A program made the translations under genes and the position numbers. Positions 50,853-64,000 of a DNA stretch of 64,000 nt are shown piece by piece; position 1 is the stretch's first letter; every line of letters starts with the position of its first letter. The stretch covers positions 32,665,292 through 32,729,291 of the forward strand of contig NC_069003.1 in assembly GCF_001194135.2 (NCBI RefSeq), in the 5' to 3' direction. The notes under the pieces are model-generated. The model ran no database searches and was not told the origin of the DNA. It worked only from the letters and a program-made list of their open reading frames with translations. The DNA is from Octopus bimaculoides (lineage: Eukaryota).

Positions 50853-53227
50853 ATATATATATATATATAACAAGATTTTGGTAAGCCTGAAGCTATAGTA
50901 GAAGACACTTACCCAAAGTGCCACACACTGGAACGAAACCAAGAACCATGTGGGAAGCAAATTGCTAACCACACGGCCATGGTTTTAATTTTAATTTTTT
51001 TATTTAAAAAAACAAAATTCTTTGTGAGTCTTCTGACTCTATTCAGTTATTCAGTCTTGTGAATAACTTTAGTTTAAAACAACACCCAGTTCTGTTAAGT
51101 TGGTACGATAGGTCAGTATTATAATGCTTCAGCTTTCATTAATGATGTAATTAGTCAGATCTATTATTATCTTTGAAAATAACCTTGACCTCCACCGAAA
51201 TTATTTTACAGTTCAAGTCACAGTACTGACAGTTGTGACAAATCAGAGCACAGAAAGGACTCTTGACACAGTTTAACTGAGCCAGCAGTTGTCCTTTTTG
51301 TTTTTTTGTTTTGATTACCCTTTATGGCTTGTATAACATTTGTTTTTTTTCTTTTCTTTTTATTCTTTTACTCAATTGCTATCTGTATAGCATTATTAAG
51401 ATTCAGATAGTGTTAGATAACTAATTTAACCGTGCTGTATATGTAATCACCTTTGCCCAGCCAGTGGGCCAATGAGGAAGAATCTTTTATATTAATGGTT
51501 TTCATTCTGTTTGAGTTTGTGGAACACTGGAGATCAAATTATCGTCATCGTCGTCATCGTCATCATTATTTGATGTCCATTCTCCATCATGGCATGGGTT
51601 GGAATGGCTTGACAGAAACTGGCAAGACCAGGGGCTGCATCAGGTTCCATTGTCTGTTTTGGCTTGGTTTCTACAGCTGTAGAAGTGTTTCTAATACAAA
51701 CCACTTTACAGAGTGTACTGGGTACTTTCTATGTGGTACCATTGCCAGTGCCTTTTATGTGGCACCTTCACCAATGTTTTTTTACATAGCACCAGTACTT
51801 TTTACGTGGTGCAAGTACACCAAAGCTTTTTACAAGGAACCTTGGTTTTAGGATCTCAATTCTGTTGTGGTGGACAGTAATAAAAAAAAAACTTATGGAT
51901 CTTCTTCACACTCTGGTAGTGATGCACACAGTGTGGTCCAAGTGGACTACCATTGATCCATTCCAAACTTTTGGTGGTCCATGATAAAGTTCTAAAGACC
52001 AAGGAAGTAATTTCTTATTTTTCACATAAGATAAAGTTAAAAGAATAATAATTTTCATAGAATATAGATGTATCTGATGTCTTTTATCTTTTTCTTGTTT
52101 CAGTCATTGGACTGTGGCCATGCTGGGGTACTGCCTTCAAGGTTTTAGTCAAACAAATTGACTTCGGTACTTTTGTACTTATTTTACTGGTCACAACAAC
52201 TGAGCTTACCAATCATTCTTGACTTTACCTATTTTTCTGATACTTCTAAAATGAATCAATGATTTTTGCCTCACACACACAAACTTAAATCAAAATTGAC
52301 TATATTACACTGATCATGAAAGAGTCAATTGGCAACCATATCTGTGACAGCAACCTATTATAATAGCCTTTCCAGCACTTAGTGAATGAAACATAACCAA
52401 TAACCATATTTGAAAGCATCTTTAGATGATTGAAATATGAAGAGAGAACTGATCAATATTACCAACATTATTAATCTGCCTTGCAAAGATAAATAGATAT
52501 ACTAGCTTATCCTTTAAGACTCAGTCCAACACTCAATAGCTAACTAACTGAAGGTTTTTTCGCATGTTATTCAATAAATGTTTGTAAAATACCAACCCTT
52601 ATATTCTGTGTTTTGATTTGTCTTCATAGAATTTAGTTAATTTCTTCTGCATTTCCAAACAAAGCAATCAAAGTTGGATACATTATTGTTGTGTTTATGA
52701 TCAAGCTGATTTATTAACTTTTAGATTTCTGCAGGCAATCATATAAACAACAGACAAACTGTATAAAAATTGGTTTTTCAGTCGCATAAATTTATGTCTT
52801 GATAATCCAATTTTAGTAGCATTGTAATCTTTCAGTATTTTTAGGCACAATTAATACTCCATTTCAAGCGTCCTTCATCATGTAACCTTCAAAACTATGT
52901 TTACTCATAGTATTTCATTATATCTGTTATTTGTTGCTCTTTCACTTTTCACTTTTCATTTTATATTTATGAGAAAATGCAATTGAAATTTGTTGGAAAA
53001 CAGATATGCACGGATGTGGCTTTGTGCTAAGAAGTTTGCTTCCCAACCACATGGTTCCAGGCTCAGTCCTACTTGTGTGACATTTTGAGTATCTTCTGCA
53101 ATAGACCTGGGCTGACCAAAGCTTTGTGAGAGAATTTAGTTCAGAGAAACTGAAAAAAATTCATCATCTGTGTGTGTGTGCGCGCACACGCTTCCATCAC
53201 CCCCATTGTTCTATATACATACATGTG

Positions 53228-53262
<35 letters not shown>

Positions 53263-53689
53263 GTATGTATCATTATCATTATCATCCTTTAATGTCTGTT
53301 TTCCATGCTGGCATGGGTTGGATGNNNNNNNNNNTGTTTTCCATGCTGGCATGGGTTGGATGGTTTGACCAGGGCTGGCAAGCAGGAGAGCTGTACCAGG
53401 CTCCAGTGTGATTTGGCTTGGTTTCTATGGCTGGATGAATAGAAGATGCCTGAGAACCAAACTTTGGTGAATGCCTACCTGCACACTAAGTTTGTTACTG
53501 TACTCATAGATAACTCTCATCTTACTGACAGCAACCCTGTACATGGCTTGTAGGTCCTTCAGATTGCTTGAAAGGAGAGAGTTTTTCAAACAACCAGGAG
53601 TAACACCATCCTCTGAGCAGCCACACAGAGGCTTTTGTTTTGCCTAATAATGAGTTTCAAATTCTAGCACAAGGTCAGCAATTTTGGGT

Positions 53690-53822
53690 AGGGAGTAAGT
53701 TGATTACATCAACCCCAGTGTTCAACTGGTACTTATTTAATCGAGCCTGAAAGGATGAAAGGCAAAGTAAACCTTAGCGGAATTTGAATTCAGAACATGA
53801 AGATGGATGAAATGCCACTCCA
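53690..53822 (-). mobile_element. CpG-decayed SINE copy (59141 family)
   Basis: Aligns to 59141-59313 with repeated CG-to-TG/CA changes. Confidence 0.75.
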
Positions 53823-54408
53823 GCTTAATAATAAAAAAATTAGCTATTTTGTAAATCTTTCCAAATTTTCAGTTGTTTTCATAATTATTTGACGACATCA
53901 TCTACTGTATCTTTCATGTGTTTAATTTGGTAGTGTATATGATTTAAGGGAGATTTAGCTACTGTTTCTAGCAAGTTGAATAGCAAGATAGAGACCCCCA
54001 CCTCTTTAGCTTGACATACATAAGTTGTTTTTGTGAAAGGCACCAATTACTGACATTTTAAACAGATATCAAATGAGACAGCTAATGATTACTCTGAAAG
54101 ACTCAAATTATTTGTTAAGAAATGTGAATGCAAACTTATTTCTATACTGAATCACAAACAACTTCTCATGTGTGACACCCTTGTTGCTAGTATACATAGT
54201 ATATATATATTGTTAAAGTATATCTACATGAATTGGATCACAATTATGTCAGAAGATTGTTTCTACTTGGCCAATGCTTTTGAGATTTCAATAGATTTAT
54301 TCCATCTCTTCTCTGAATTCTTTTTGACCTCACTTCTTTTTTGAAGATGTAACATATAATTTGTTATTGAAATTCAAATGTGCTGTTTTAAAATATATTA
54401 GAATGATA

Positions 54409-54439
<31 letters not shown>

Positions 54440-54964
54440 TTTATAACAAGCAACTTTTGTTGTAAAGCTTTTGTTCAACAAGCTCTGGTGAGAAAGTAGA
54501 CTATAAAAATAATACAACTGTAGGAACTAGACTTAACCCATTGACCAATTTAACAACATCAAATGACCCTTGAAATCCGTTCTGTTGTAAGTATTTAGGC
54601 CACGTCCTCCGATTTGAAGATTAATTCCCTCTCCCCATCAGTCACAGAGGCCCTGAAATGCTCATTGGTGCTGCCTTCTGTCTTCTGACTAATCCATAAA
54701 AACGTGTAGTATTTATGAGGAGGAAACAGTAAATTAAAGATTAACATTTATTATATTTGCTGCTATTTTTACTTTAATTTTTATTGTTACAGTCAGTGTC
54801 GCCATAATAATCAGGAGCCCTTTTTATATGATGACATATCAGATTCATACTTCTTAACCCTTCGACTGTAAAATTAAATTTCAGGGTTATTCCAGTAAAT
54901 GATGTCAAATATGCACCATGCCACACAAGCAGGAGAATCCAGTCATGGCTGTCAGGTAATTTCT

Positions 54965-55298
54965 GTAACCACATCACCCATAACAGCTGGCCACATAACT
55001 CCCCAGACTACAACCCCCTTAATTATTATGTGTGGGTTGCAGTTGAGCGAGAGACCAACAAAATTCTTTGTAACAACAAAGATGAACTGAAGGCAAGAAT
55101 TATGACAACATTCACCAACAAGGAGACCGTCCAGACGAGTTGCAGGAGATTCCGAAGTCGTCTGGAGGCCATGGTTGAAGCCAATGGCGATTTTATTGAA
55201 TATATTTACTCTTTAGTATTTCAAGATATTTTTAAATGATATGTCATCGTTATTTTCATTTTTGTGTAATTTAGACAATATATTCACCACACCCTGTA
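54965..55298 (+). mobile_element. Tc1/mariner transposase C-terminus and right terminal repeat
   Basis: WPHNSPDYNPLNYYVWVAVERETNK...ELKARI...CRRFRSRLEAMVEANGDFIE; ends ...caccacaccCTG|TA. Confidence 0.85.
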
Positions 55299-55785
55299 TG
55301 TGTCTGTGTGTTCTTATCTCTGAATATATGTAGATATCTGTGGGTGAGTATATGTGTGTGTATATATGTGTGTGTGTATGTGTGTATATATATATATTAT
55401 ATATATATATGCATGAATGTATGTATATATAAACATATATATATGTTTATATTTTAGGTATATGTATTTGTGTTGTAAGATTCTTGATGTGAAATTGTGT
55501 TTTGAAACATAAATTATTTAGGAATGGTCATTTTTTCTTTTTCTTCTTTTTTTTTTTGCCAATAAAGTATTTATCTGATCTTAGCTTTATCTTTATCATT
55601 ATTATTAGTTTATTTGTCCAGAGTTCCTTCATCACACATCCTGCAACCTCTTCAATGACTTTTTGTTCCTCGTGTTTTGTCTTCTCTTTGGTCCTCCTTT
55701 AAATTCCGTTTACCAAATCCACTCACAAATATTTAGCCGGCACAGGGCCATAGGAGAAGACACTCGGCCAAAGGTGCCACACAGT

Positions 55786-56132
55786 GCGACTGAACCGGGA
55801 ACCACCAAGCAGCTGGGGAAGTAAACTTCTTACCACATAGCCACACCTGTGTCTATAACTTCCACAGCAGATAAAAGTTGTTAGAAAGATGGGTCAGAAA
55901 GAAGCAGTGAATGAATGCTATGAACCNNNNNNNNNNNNNNNNNNNNNNNNNNNNNNNNNNNNNNNNNNNNNNNNNNNNNNNNNNNNNNNNNGCGACTGAA
56001 CCGGGAACCACCAAGCAGCTGGGGAAGTAAACTTCTTACCACATAGCCACACCTGTGTCTATAACTTCCACAGCAGATAAAAGTTGTTAGAAAGATGGGT
56101 CAGAAAGAAGCAGTGAATGAATGCTATGAACC
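55786..56132. other. Gap-flanking exact duplication (assembly artefact)
   Basis: 55786-55926 is repeated at 55992-56132 on either side of an N run. Confidence 0.85.
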
Positions 56133-57294
56133 ACTTCTGATTGAAATTGACCTAATTAAATTCTTATTAACCTAACCTACACATCCCTAAAATGTCACTG
56201 AGTAATTTGAAATGTTTACGTAAGTCATTAGGTGGACGTAAATATGTGGCTCAGCTTGCGTAACTGAATGATATCAGAGGTAATTGAAAAAGCTCACAGG
56301 GGGTAAGTAAAATGATTGACATGGTGATATATGCTGATAAAACAAATTTACTTGCATTGGGTGGAACATCAGTGCTGTATTTACTTGTGTTTAATGTGAG
56401 AAGTTTAATGTAACAAACGAAGGTTAAAAGTGGGAAGGAGTGAAAAACATACTTAAGTACAAAAAAAAAAATGTAAAATTTAGTTAAGAGGAGGGACCAA
56501 GTATATTACTGGTTTTTAGGTACAAAAAGCGTTGTTGGGTCGCACAAAACATTGTATTTGAATAACTACAGTAAATAAAATATACACAAAACACATCTTT
56601 TATCCTTTATCTTTTACTTGTTTCAGTCATTAGACTGCGACCATGCTGGGGCACTGCCTTGAAGAATTTTTAGTTGAATGAATCGATCCCAGTACTTACT
56701 TTTTATTTATGTTAAGCCTGGAACTTATTCAATCATTCTCTGTTTGCTGAACTGCTACGTTACGGGGACGGTTGGTAGTGGTGGTTGGGATGGTGATGAT
56801 GATGATGATGGTGATTAGAATGTTAGACAAAATGTCTTGCACTATTTAATCATGATCCTTTACATACTGAACTGAATTTCCATAAAGGTCAACTCTGCCA
56901 TTTGTCCTTCTGGGTGGAGATTATCGAGGTAGATTTTCTACAGCTGGATGCCCTTCCTGTCACCAACCCTCACCTATTTCCATGTAAAGTAATATTTCCC
57001 TATGGCCAGAGTTTCAAGTCAGGCCTCTGATTGGAAGATATCTTTCTCACATAAGTTTCAGAGGCCCTGACTGACCCACAATAAAAGAAAGGAAAAGAAA
57101 GAAAAAGATCTTTTCGCCAAATAACACGCATCATTCATTAAGTAGACATTTCCGCAATTCAAACACAGAAACTTTCCTGTTCATATTATTTAAATACTTT
57201 GTCGTCTTTACTCGTTTACATTCCTTAAATATATTTGTGTTGATAACAAGAAGCAGGAGTTGGAAGTGGTTAGAAGGAGAAGAATATATCTATC

Positions 57295-57517
57295 AAAAAC
57301 TCTTGATACCAACTCACCCAAAACTGTCCCTGCTTCCATGACACAAAACTTACTGTTTTAAAATGATCCAAACCTTTCGTTAAAATTTCATGTTAATTCA
57401 TGTTTCAGAAACCAGTTTAATAATGACAAAGTTATTCTTCTAAATTCTTTGTTATTTTCAAAATTAATCAAAACGAAGGTAGAGTATTTCAACAGAAATT
57501 TGGTAACAAAAAGGTTG
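57295..57517. mobile_element. piggyBac-type MITE, second family, copy 2
   Basis: Internal sequence aligns with 47888-48102; ends tttggtaacaaaaaggttg. Confidence 0.6.
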
Positions 57518-57519
57518 TG

Positions 57520-58300
57520 ATGAAGAACAATCTCAGGATGCTGAGCCTTTCGGATGAGATCGACTTTGCCTTTGGAGCATGCTTTGATCTATTTCCTCCT
57601 GAGGCAAAACATTCTCACTTAGCTGACATCAAGTACAGACCACAGCTTTACACCATACGGAAAGATATCAGTTCTTCTGGATTGGACATTATATTGATTG
57701 AACATGACTTCAGAGACGAATCTCGTTATTTCCTATGCATCCGAAAATAAATGGTCCGGCTAAAAATTTGTGATTTTGATATTTAAGATACTAATGATGC
57801 AATTAATGGATCAATACAGGACTGTCTTAACAGCATTATAGCACACCCACCTCCAGGAAAATCAATGCCTTGGGCGAGCCCAATCATATGTATTTATTGA
57901 TATGTCACAACATGATGGTTTTCCTTGACCACGTACCATTCTTACATTGAGAATAGTAACATACATTCTTCTGTAATTAATTTCATATTGTTTAGATTGA
58001 ACCATACTACCTCTACTCAGGTGTTCCAAAAAAAAAAAAAAAATTGGGCTTATAGTTGCACCTAAGGTTTTCTGGCCGATAGGCTGTGCACCTGTAGACG
58101 TTTCTGCTGGGGCACATTACAGCCTCATAGCCTAATAAAAAAGAAGAAAAAAAACCAAAGATCTGAATCGAGCCCCAAGACCAGTGATGCTCCTGGCAAT
58201 TGTTCAGTGTGTCCATGTCTTAAGATGGCACTGGATCAATACTGAGGATAAAATTGTGGCTCTTAAAAGAAAGTTGACAGCAATGGTGATCATGTGATTT
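57520..58300 (+). pseudogene. Decayed coding-like sequence, possibly a Tc1-type transposase
   Basis: Frame-shifted fragments LSLSDEIDFAF, MDQYRTVL...QHDG and KIVALKRKL loosely recall Tc1 motifs; assignment weak. Confidence 0.25.
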
Positions 58301-58484
58301 AGTTGAAAAGAGAGCAAGATACACGAAAGAAAGAAAGCACAACTATAACTTACCATTAGGATAATATTGATTTAATTTGAAAATCTCGAAGTATTGTTTA
58401 TATTAATAAAAAAAAAACGATGTTTCTCTTATGCTTGTTGTTTTGAATCTCAATGTTTTCTGATCCTATGAGTCCAGAACAGGA

Positions 58485-58640
58485 GAAAATATGCTGCTCA
58501 AATAAGTCTGCTCGATTAGGGTTGACCTAGGGCTACACAGCAACAGCAGTAGCAGCAACAACAACATTGATAACAGCACTAACAACAACAACAACAACAA
58601 CAGCATCAGCATCAGCATCAATAACAGTAACAGTGACAGT
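58485..58640 (+). repeat. SINE-like tail with a compound (CAA/CAG/CAT)n trinucleotide tract
   Basis: gtctgctcgattagggttgacctagggcta matches 44282-44315; followed by a trinucleotide mosaic. Confidence 0.75.
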
Positions 58641-59140
58641 GACGTCATTTTTGTAATAACAGTCGATGAAGTGATTTTTCCACTCTGAATCCGTCTATTT
58701 TAGGAGTGACAAATGAAGAGAATAAGGATGTAAAGAGTGAAGGAGAAACGTGAAGAGAGAGCAAGTGGGAGGAAGATGTGACGAAAATCTAGGATGTCGG
58801 GGGTTTTCTACGTAAACCGGAACATAATTGTTTCCTTCTCTCTCACACCATTTCTCCACACTGTGAATCATTCTTGTAAAACAATCGTTGATGATATGTA
58901 TTTGGCATTGTAACATACATACACGACTAATACACTCACGTATATATTACACACACGCACACTTACATTCAAACTTAAACGCATTTTCTTTCGTACGTAT
59001 ACACTTATATGAAAATTGTATATAGTTCTGTTTAACACACGCATGCATGCGAGCCTCAACGCAGCATAACTGCAGTTTAGTGCTCCACCGGTTTTGTTTT
59101 ATCGTAACTTTTTAAATAATGCGGATCAATAATGCATTTA

Positions 59141-59313
59141 AGGGATTAAGTCAATTACATCGACTCCAGTACATAACTGGTACTTAATTTATCGACCCCG
59201 AAAGGATGAAAAGCAAAGTCGACCTCTGCGGAATTTGAACTCAGAACGTAACGGCAGACGAAATACCGCTAAGCATTTCGCCCGGCGTGCTAACGTTTCT
59301 GCCAGCTCGCCGC
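59141..59313 (-). mobile_element. tRNA-derived SINE, CpG-intact copy
   Basis: Minus strand ggcgagctggcagaaacgttagc...gttctgagttcaaattccgc (A/B-box-like) ...gtcgataaattaagtaccag. Confidence 0.85.
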
Positions 59314-60016
59314 CATTTACCATTTCTGTGGTGCCCACCCTTCCCTTAAAAAAAAATACTAGGGGTCGATTCTTTTGACAAAGATCCTTCAATGCCCTAA
59401 CATGGTCACAGTGTAATAACTTAAACAAGTAAAAGATTACATTATTTACATTTGACGGATATTTGTCCTCATCTTGTTTGTTGAGGACAAATATCCGTCA
59501 AATGTAAATAATGTAAATAATGTAAATAATTCCTCATCTCTTAAATATAGAACTGAAGTAAAAGATAAAACAAAAAAAAACTCGGTATTTATCATGTTGA
59601 TGACTGACTCCAATGTTCCGCGGACGCAACAAAGAATCTGTCACCATCACATGGTTTTATCCCGTCAAGCAACACAACATATGAAGACGTTCTTGGAAGC
59701 TGCACATAACATCGACGAAGTCTTCTTTGAGCGGGATAACAAACAGCATCCTGCTGGATAATTGTGTTCACCTTTTTCTCTCTGTCGTTTCCGTGGTCTT
59801 TTTTTCCTTTCGGATTGAAAACACCTTATACAGAATCGTGACATTACATGTATGTTCAGCATTTTTTTAATACTGACGACGAAGACGAATATTTCAAATG
59901 AAGCCACAAAGAAACTCTGTCAGAGTCTTGTAGTTCTCTTGTCGAGCAACACACAAGATACGAAGTTTCAGTAACTTTTTTTCCTGGATTCAATAAAATA
60001 AAGTATCATAAATTTA

Positions 60017-60370
60017 GGCGTAGGAGTGGTAAGTAGCTTGCTTACGAACCACATGGTTCCGGGTTCAGTCCCACTGTGTGGCATTTTGGGCAAGTGTCTT
60101 CTACTATAGCCTCGGGCTGACCAAAACCTTGTGAGTGGATTAGGTAGACGGAAACTGAAAGAAACCCATCGNNNNNNNNNNNNNNNNNNNNNNNNNNNNN
60201 NNNNNNNNNNNNNNNNNNNNNNNNNNNNNNNNNNNNNNNNNNNNNNNNNNNNNNNNNNNNNNNNNNNNGGCGAAAGAGATCCGATAGAATAAGTACTAGG
60301 CTTACAAAGAATAAGTCCTGGGCTCCAGCATGGCCGCAGTCAAATGACTGAAACAAGTAAAAGAGTATCA
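60017..60370 (+). mobile_element. tRNA-derived SINE (second family), gap inside
   Basis: gcgtaggagtggtaag...ggttccgggttcagtcccactg (B-box-like)...gaaactgaaagaaaccc, with tail ...gtcaaatgactgaaacaagtaaaagag. Confidence 0.85.
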
Positions 60371-61584
60371 CTCAGGTATTGGGGTCGATGGTATCGACTT
60401 ACCCCCTCCCCACAAAACTTATAGTCTTGTGCCTAAATCAGAAGCGATTACCTTGTGCAATCATCCTTTCGGGTTCGATAAATTAAGTACCAGTTATGTA
60501 CTGGGTCGATGTAATTGACTTAATCCCTTTGTCCCCTCGCCCATGGTAATGCTGCGAGCGTGCTGGCTTGCTTCAGTAGGTTCCGTTGAACCTTGTGGTG
60601 TGTGACCAATTGAGGCACTTGGCGCTGCAGTTTTTCCTTCTCTCTTTCTTCCCCACAAATGGTTTCAATACAGTTTTAGCAGAAAGATATGGAAGAATTA
60701 GAAGAAAGTTCACCAGTGATATTCTTTCATGTAAATAAATCTTTATGTTAAATTAAGAATTTGCCAGCAAAATCTTATAAAATAACAATGTTCTAAAAAA
60801 TATACATGTTTATATGTTACATAGGAAAATAAAATTTACCATTTCTTATTGATTTTATGAAACCTGGCAAATCTTTCTATTCACTCAATGCAGATAACAT
60901 TCCGCTGATCTCAAATTCTGAATTTATTGCTGAGCAAAACTTATCAATTATCAATCATTTCAGATAATCTATCTATCTGGTCTTATCACCAATGTTTGTC
61001 CAGATTCGAAAATAGCAAAGGATAACAAAAATGCCAAAATAGCATAACCCAAAGAATCCACATTATTTTTTTCTAATCGGTGAATATAACTTGAATAACA
61101 TTGAATCCAAGTTAAATGTAACAAAATTTCTTCTTTGTAATCGATGAAAAAACTGATACAGAAACGGACTTCTTACCCAACTTCTTGAAAATTGAAGTTT
61201 CCAGCAATCCAGTATTACGGTTTGCTACACCTTCTGTTGAGTAAACAGGCGGTTTTTGAAGTTGGTTAAGTTGCGTACAGTGTGTTGAAAGTAGTTTTGT
61301 CCTTTACATTTTTACGTGGATTGATAAAGATTAAACATACTCTACTTTAGAAGTGTATTAATTTGTACCTGTATTTGTTGAGTAAAATCATGTTCTTTAT
61401 TTTTCTTCGTTTAATTTTCATCTTTTAAACATGGTACGGCATAAAAAAAATTAAGAATTTTAAGAGGATTAATAAATATCAAAGAGATCCTTCTTTAGAA
61501 GTGTATGAATCCATTAAATTAATTAGTTATTGTACTTTTCACAGTTTATTTTATATTTTAAGTATATATTTAGACTTTCTCCAG

Positions 61585-62260
61585 AAAACCGGAAAATCCA
61601 GAAATCCGGGTCACTTCCGGTCCCACGCTCTGCCAGATATTTAGCCTATACAGTTTTACTATTCTCAAGTATCTTGTTCTAATAACTAGATATGTGAATG
61701 GAATTAAAAAATCAAATATCTAACTCTGCTTTGGGTATTTATAATTGTGTGGATACTATTAAAAAGAAACGTTAATGGAATTACCTTTGGAAACCTTACA
61801 GGATTTGCCAGCAGTAATGCTAGTGTTATGATGGGAAAGCAAAAGAAGAGAAATTTTCTCCATACTGCCTTGCAGTTGCTGTTCGTTGCACGCGTGTATT
61901 TCTACCATGTTATTTAGAAGAATAAACTAGAAACAGTTCTAAGCGCCTAAATGAATAAAAAAGAATTTCAAAAATTTACGAATATCAATAGTCAAAAAAT
62001 TCTCCATATTTGCTGCACAGATGGCTTTCCCTTGAGCAAATGGTGAAAAGAATTTTAGAATAATTTCCTGCAATCTTGTTGTTCTTTACATCTGTTTGTT
62101 GCCTTAGAAGATGGCGTTTGTATGGGTTCAACAATTTTAGAAGCATTACAAAATCCCATTACAAAAATGTATTTTGCTTTTATTTTTAGTTTGCATTTTT
62201 CTTGGCATTAATTAACTTAATTTAGAATTTTCAAACTGAAGCATTTAAAATCTATAAGTT
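61585..62260 (+). mobile_element. Decayed hAT transposase remnant with subterminal repeats
   Basis: GFASSNASVMMGK, SKRLNE.KEFQKF and KILHICC.RWLSLEQMVKRILE-type motifs across frames; ccggaaaatcc/gaaatccgg repeats at 61590-61615. Confidence 0.6.
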
Positions 62261-62902
62261 AAGGAATTGTATTAATACTAATAGTAGGAAACCTGCCATA
62301 CGGTTACTACTCTGTGAAGTGTTGCTGCCAAACTGTACGAAACACTCTCGTGTATGTACCATCAAGCTTCCTTTTGAAGCAGCGGTTTTTCTACCATCGC
62401 CTCAGTAACCAGAGAAAGGAAAACACATTATGCAAGACACTGCTGGAGAAGTAAGGATGAAGTACCCTATGATCTCCTTTTCTAGAAACACATGTATAAA
62501 CATACAGGTATTTGAAATTCACTGCAGGATTTTATTTCAACTTTGTTCTATAATCCACCATTTACTCATCTCTATTTTAAAATCTGCTTTGGATTTGCTG
62601 CTACAAAACTAGGATCTATTTTAAAACGAGGGCCACATTTTTCATTAATGTTTTACGTAGTGTTTTTGGTACGGAAAGACTTTCAAACTTCGTATACTTA
62701 TCTATTTTGTGCTATAGAACAGAAAAATATTTTTGTATTCGAATTTATTTCATGTAAAAAATTGTCTTATTTCGATAATTTCAACCAATCATTGACAAGT
62801 ATTCAGTTGTTTATATTTACTCCTTTGGCTGATTAAGCGATGTAAAGCGTATTTAATCTCCATACCTTCGTTTTATTTGCTTTTTTCATTTTAAATTTGC
62901 TT

Positions 62903-62928
62903 TAACCCTAACCTTAGGGTTAGGGTTA
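62903..62928. repeat. Perfect hairpin built from TTAGGG/CCCTAA telomere-type units
   Basis: taaccctaacc-ttag-ggttagggtta: 11-bp arms, 4-nt loop. Confidence 0.85.
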
Positions 62929-64000
62929 ATTGTTTCAGAATCGTTTGTTTATGTAGTCGGCACTTAATGTATATCGGCTGAATGGACGTCAGTGATTGGT
63001 TGAAATTACAGAAATACGACAACTTTAACATGGAATAACTTATGGATTTCTTTTTTTTTTAAGAAGACTAAGAGAAAAAGATGTTTTATATGACACATTC
63101 TACCAGTGTTCCAAGTTTCAAAGTGTTTCGTTAATGAAAAATGTGGCCCCCGTTTTAAAAAAGATCCCAAAACTAGAATAATAGGACGATTAAAACCTCG
63201 TTCAATGTCCATTGGTTTCAAATCAAGTATGTTGATAAAATATTGCAAATATCATAACAACAAAATTGTAATGAAAAATTATTGACATTTATTTAACGTA
63301 GTCAAAGGTTTTCGTCACCATCGAAAACATTCCATAAGTTCTTTATCATCAGCTATATTTCACTATTTTCGAAAAAAGCAGCGAATTGACAGAGTTGTTT
63401 TGAGCAGGGGTCTGTTGTTCGGGTCACTTTCAGTACCGTCAGTGCCATAGGATCTGCCTATCTCGTATCGGTCTTGTCAGTCACGTCCGCTCCTATGGAA
63501 AACAATGTGCTGGAAGCAGAGGAAGATGAATGTCTCAGATCGACGCTGACTTTCACCGTTGATTGGCTGCCATAAGCAGCAAGTAAAAAAGAAAGCAAAG
63601 TATAGACAAAATGACCATACGTAATGACGACCCTGGTAATGAACCCCCACAAAGATACCTCTATGTAGTCGCTCGATCTCTGCTAGATATAACGACTAAT
63701 ATTTTTTAAATCCAATTATAGATAACGGAGAATATACTGGGCAATATTAATTGTCGTTATACCACAAAATTAAATATTTAAAAGCTACGAACAAACCAAC
63801 AGGAGTTGCTAGAAATAACAATCAAAACATTGTTTAAAACAGACATTTATTAGTTAAAAAATTCAAGAACGAAAATAAATTATCTCTCTCGTATCTCCTT
63901 CTCCAGATAAATTCTCAAAGATAAGAATCAACCATGGAAGGTATTTCCACGCTTTAAAGATGCTATTTCAGAGTATCATGCCTCTCTCGCACACACACAC

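Noticed and set aside
55786-56132. 141-bp direct repeat (LTR or tandem duplication)
   Set aside because: The two exact copies flank an N gap: an unmerged contig overlap. The same applies at ~53296-53362.
58466-58648. PolyQ/polyL coding repeat
   Set aside because: It is the trinucleotide tail of a dispersed repeat family (head matches 44282-44315); no exon context.
59189-59428. 79-aa ORF and tRNA-like boxes
   Set aside because: The sequence is a tRNA-derived SINE; no cloverleaf of a functional tRNA is evident.
62903-62928. Ancestral telomere-telomere fusion site
   Set aside because: Only about two units per side, and the orientation is opposite to that of a fusion.

Overview
AT-rich animal genomic DNA from a gapped draft assembly. 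The SINE/RTE families and C2H2 finger style point to a coleoid cephalopod, probably Octopus (inference). One protein-coding gene can be reconstructed with confidence: a minus-strand A20/AN1 zinc-finger gene (ZFAND5/6 family) with 4 coding exons, join(24630..24411, 14942..14781, 14649..14563, 12861..12713), 618 nt, 205 aa. It has a candidate TATA/E-box/CCAAT promoter and non-coding first exon near 41.5 kb, and a probable long TE-free 3' UTR. The first 5.2 kb is a CpG-saturated tetranucleotide-mosaic satellite with higher-order structure, a fold-back strand switch in each unit, and AT blocks that look like CG-to-TA versions of the same grammar. A Myb/SANT-like coding fragment abuts the array. 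Other candidates are the terminal exons of a convergent plus-strand gene (7.2-7.5 kb) and a divergent transcript from the same promoter. The rest is decayed hAT, pogo, Tc1/mariner, piggyBac-type MITE, RTE LINE and SINE sequence plus microsatellites. Most ORFs in the supplied track are microsatellite or gap artefacts. No prokaryotic systems, CRISPR arrays, rRNA or tRNA genes were seen. Repeat boundaries are approximate.
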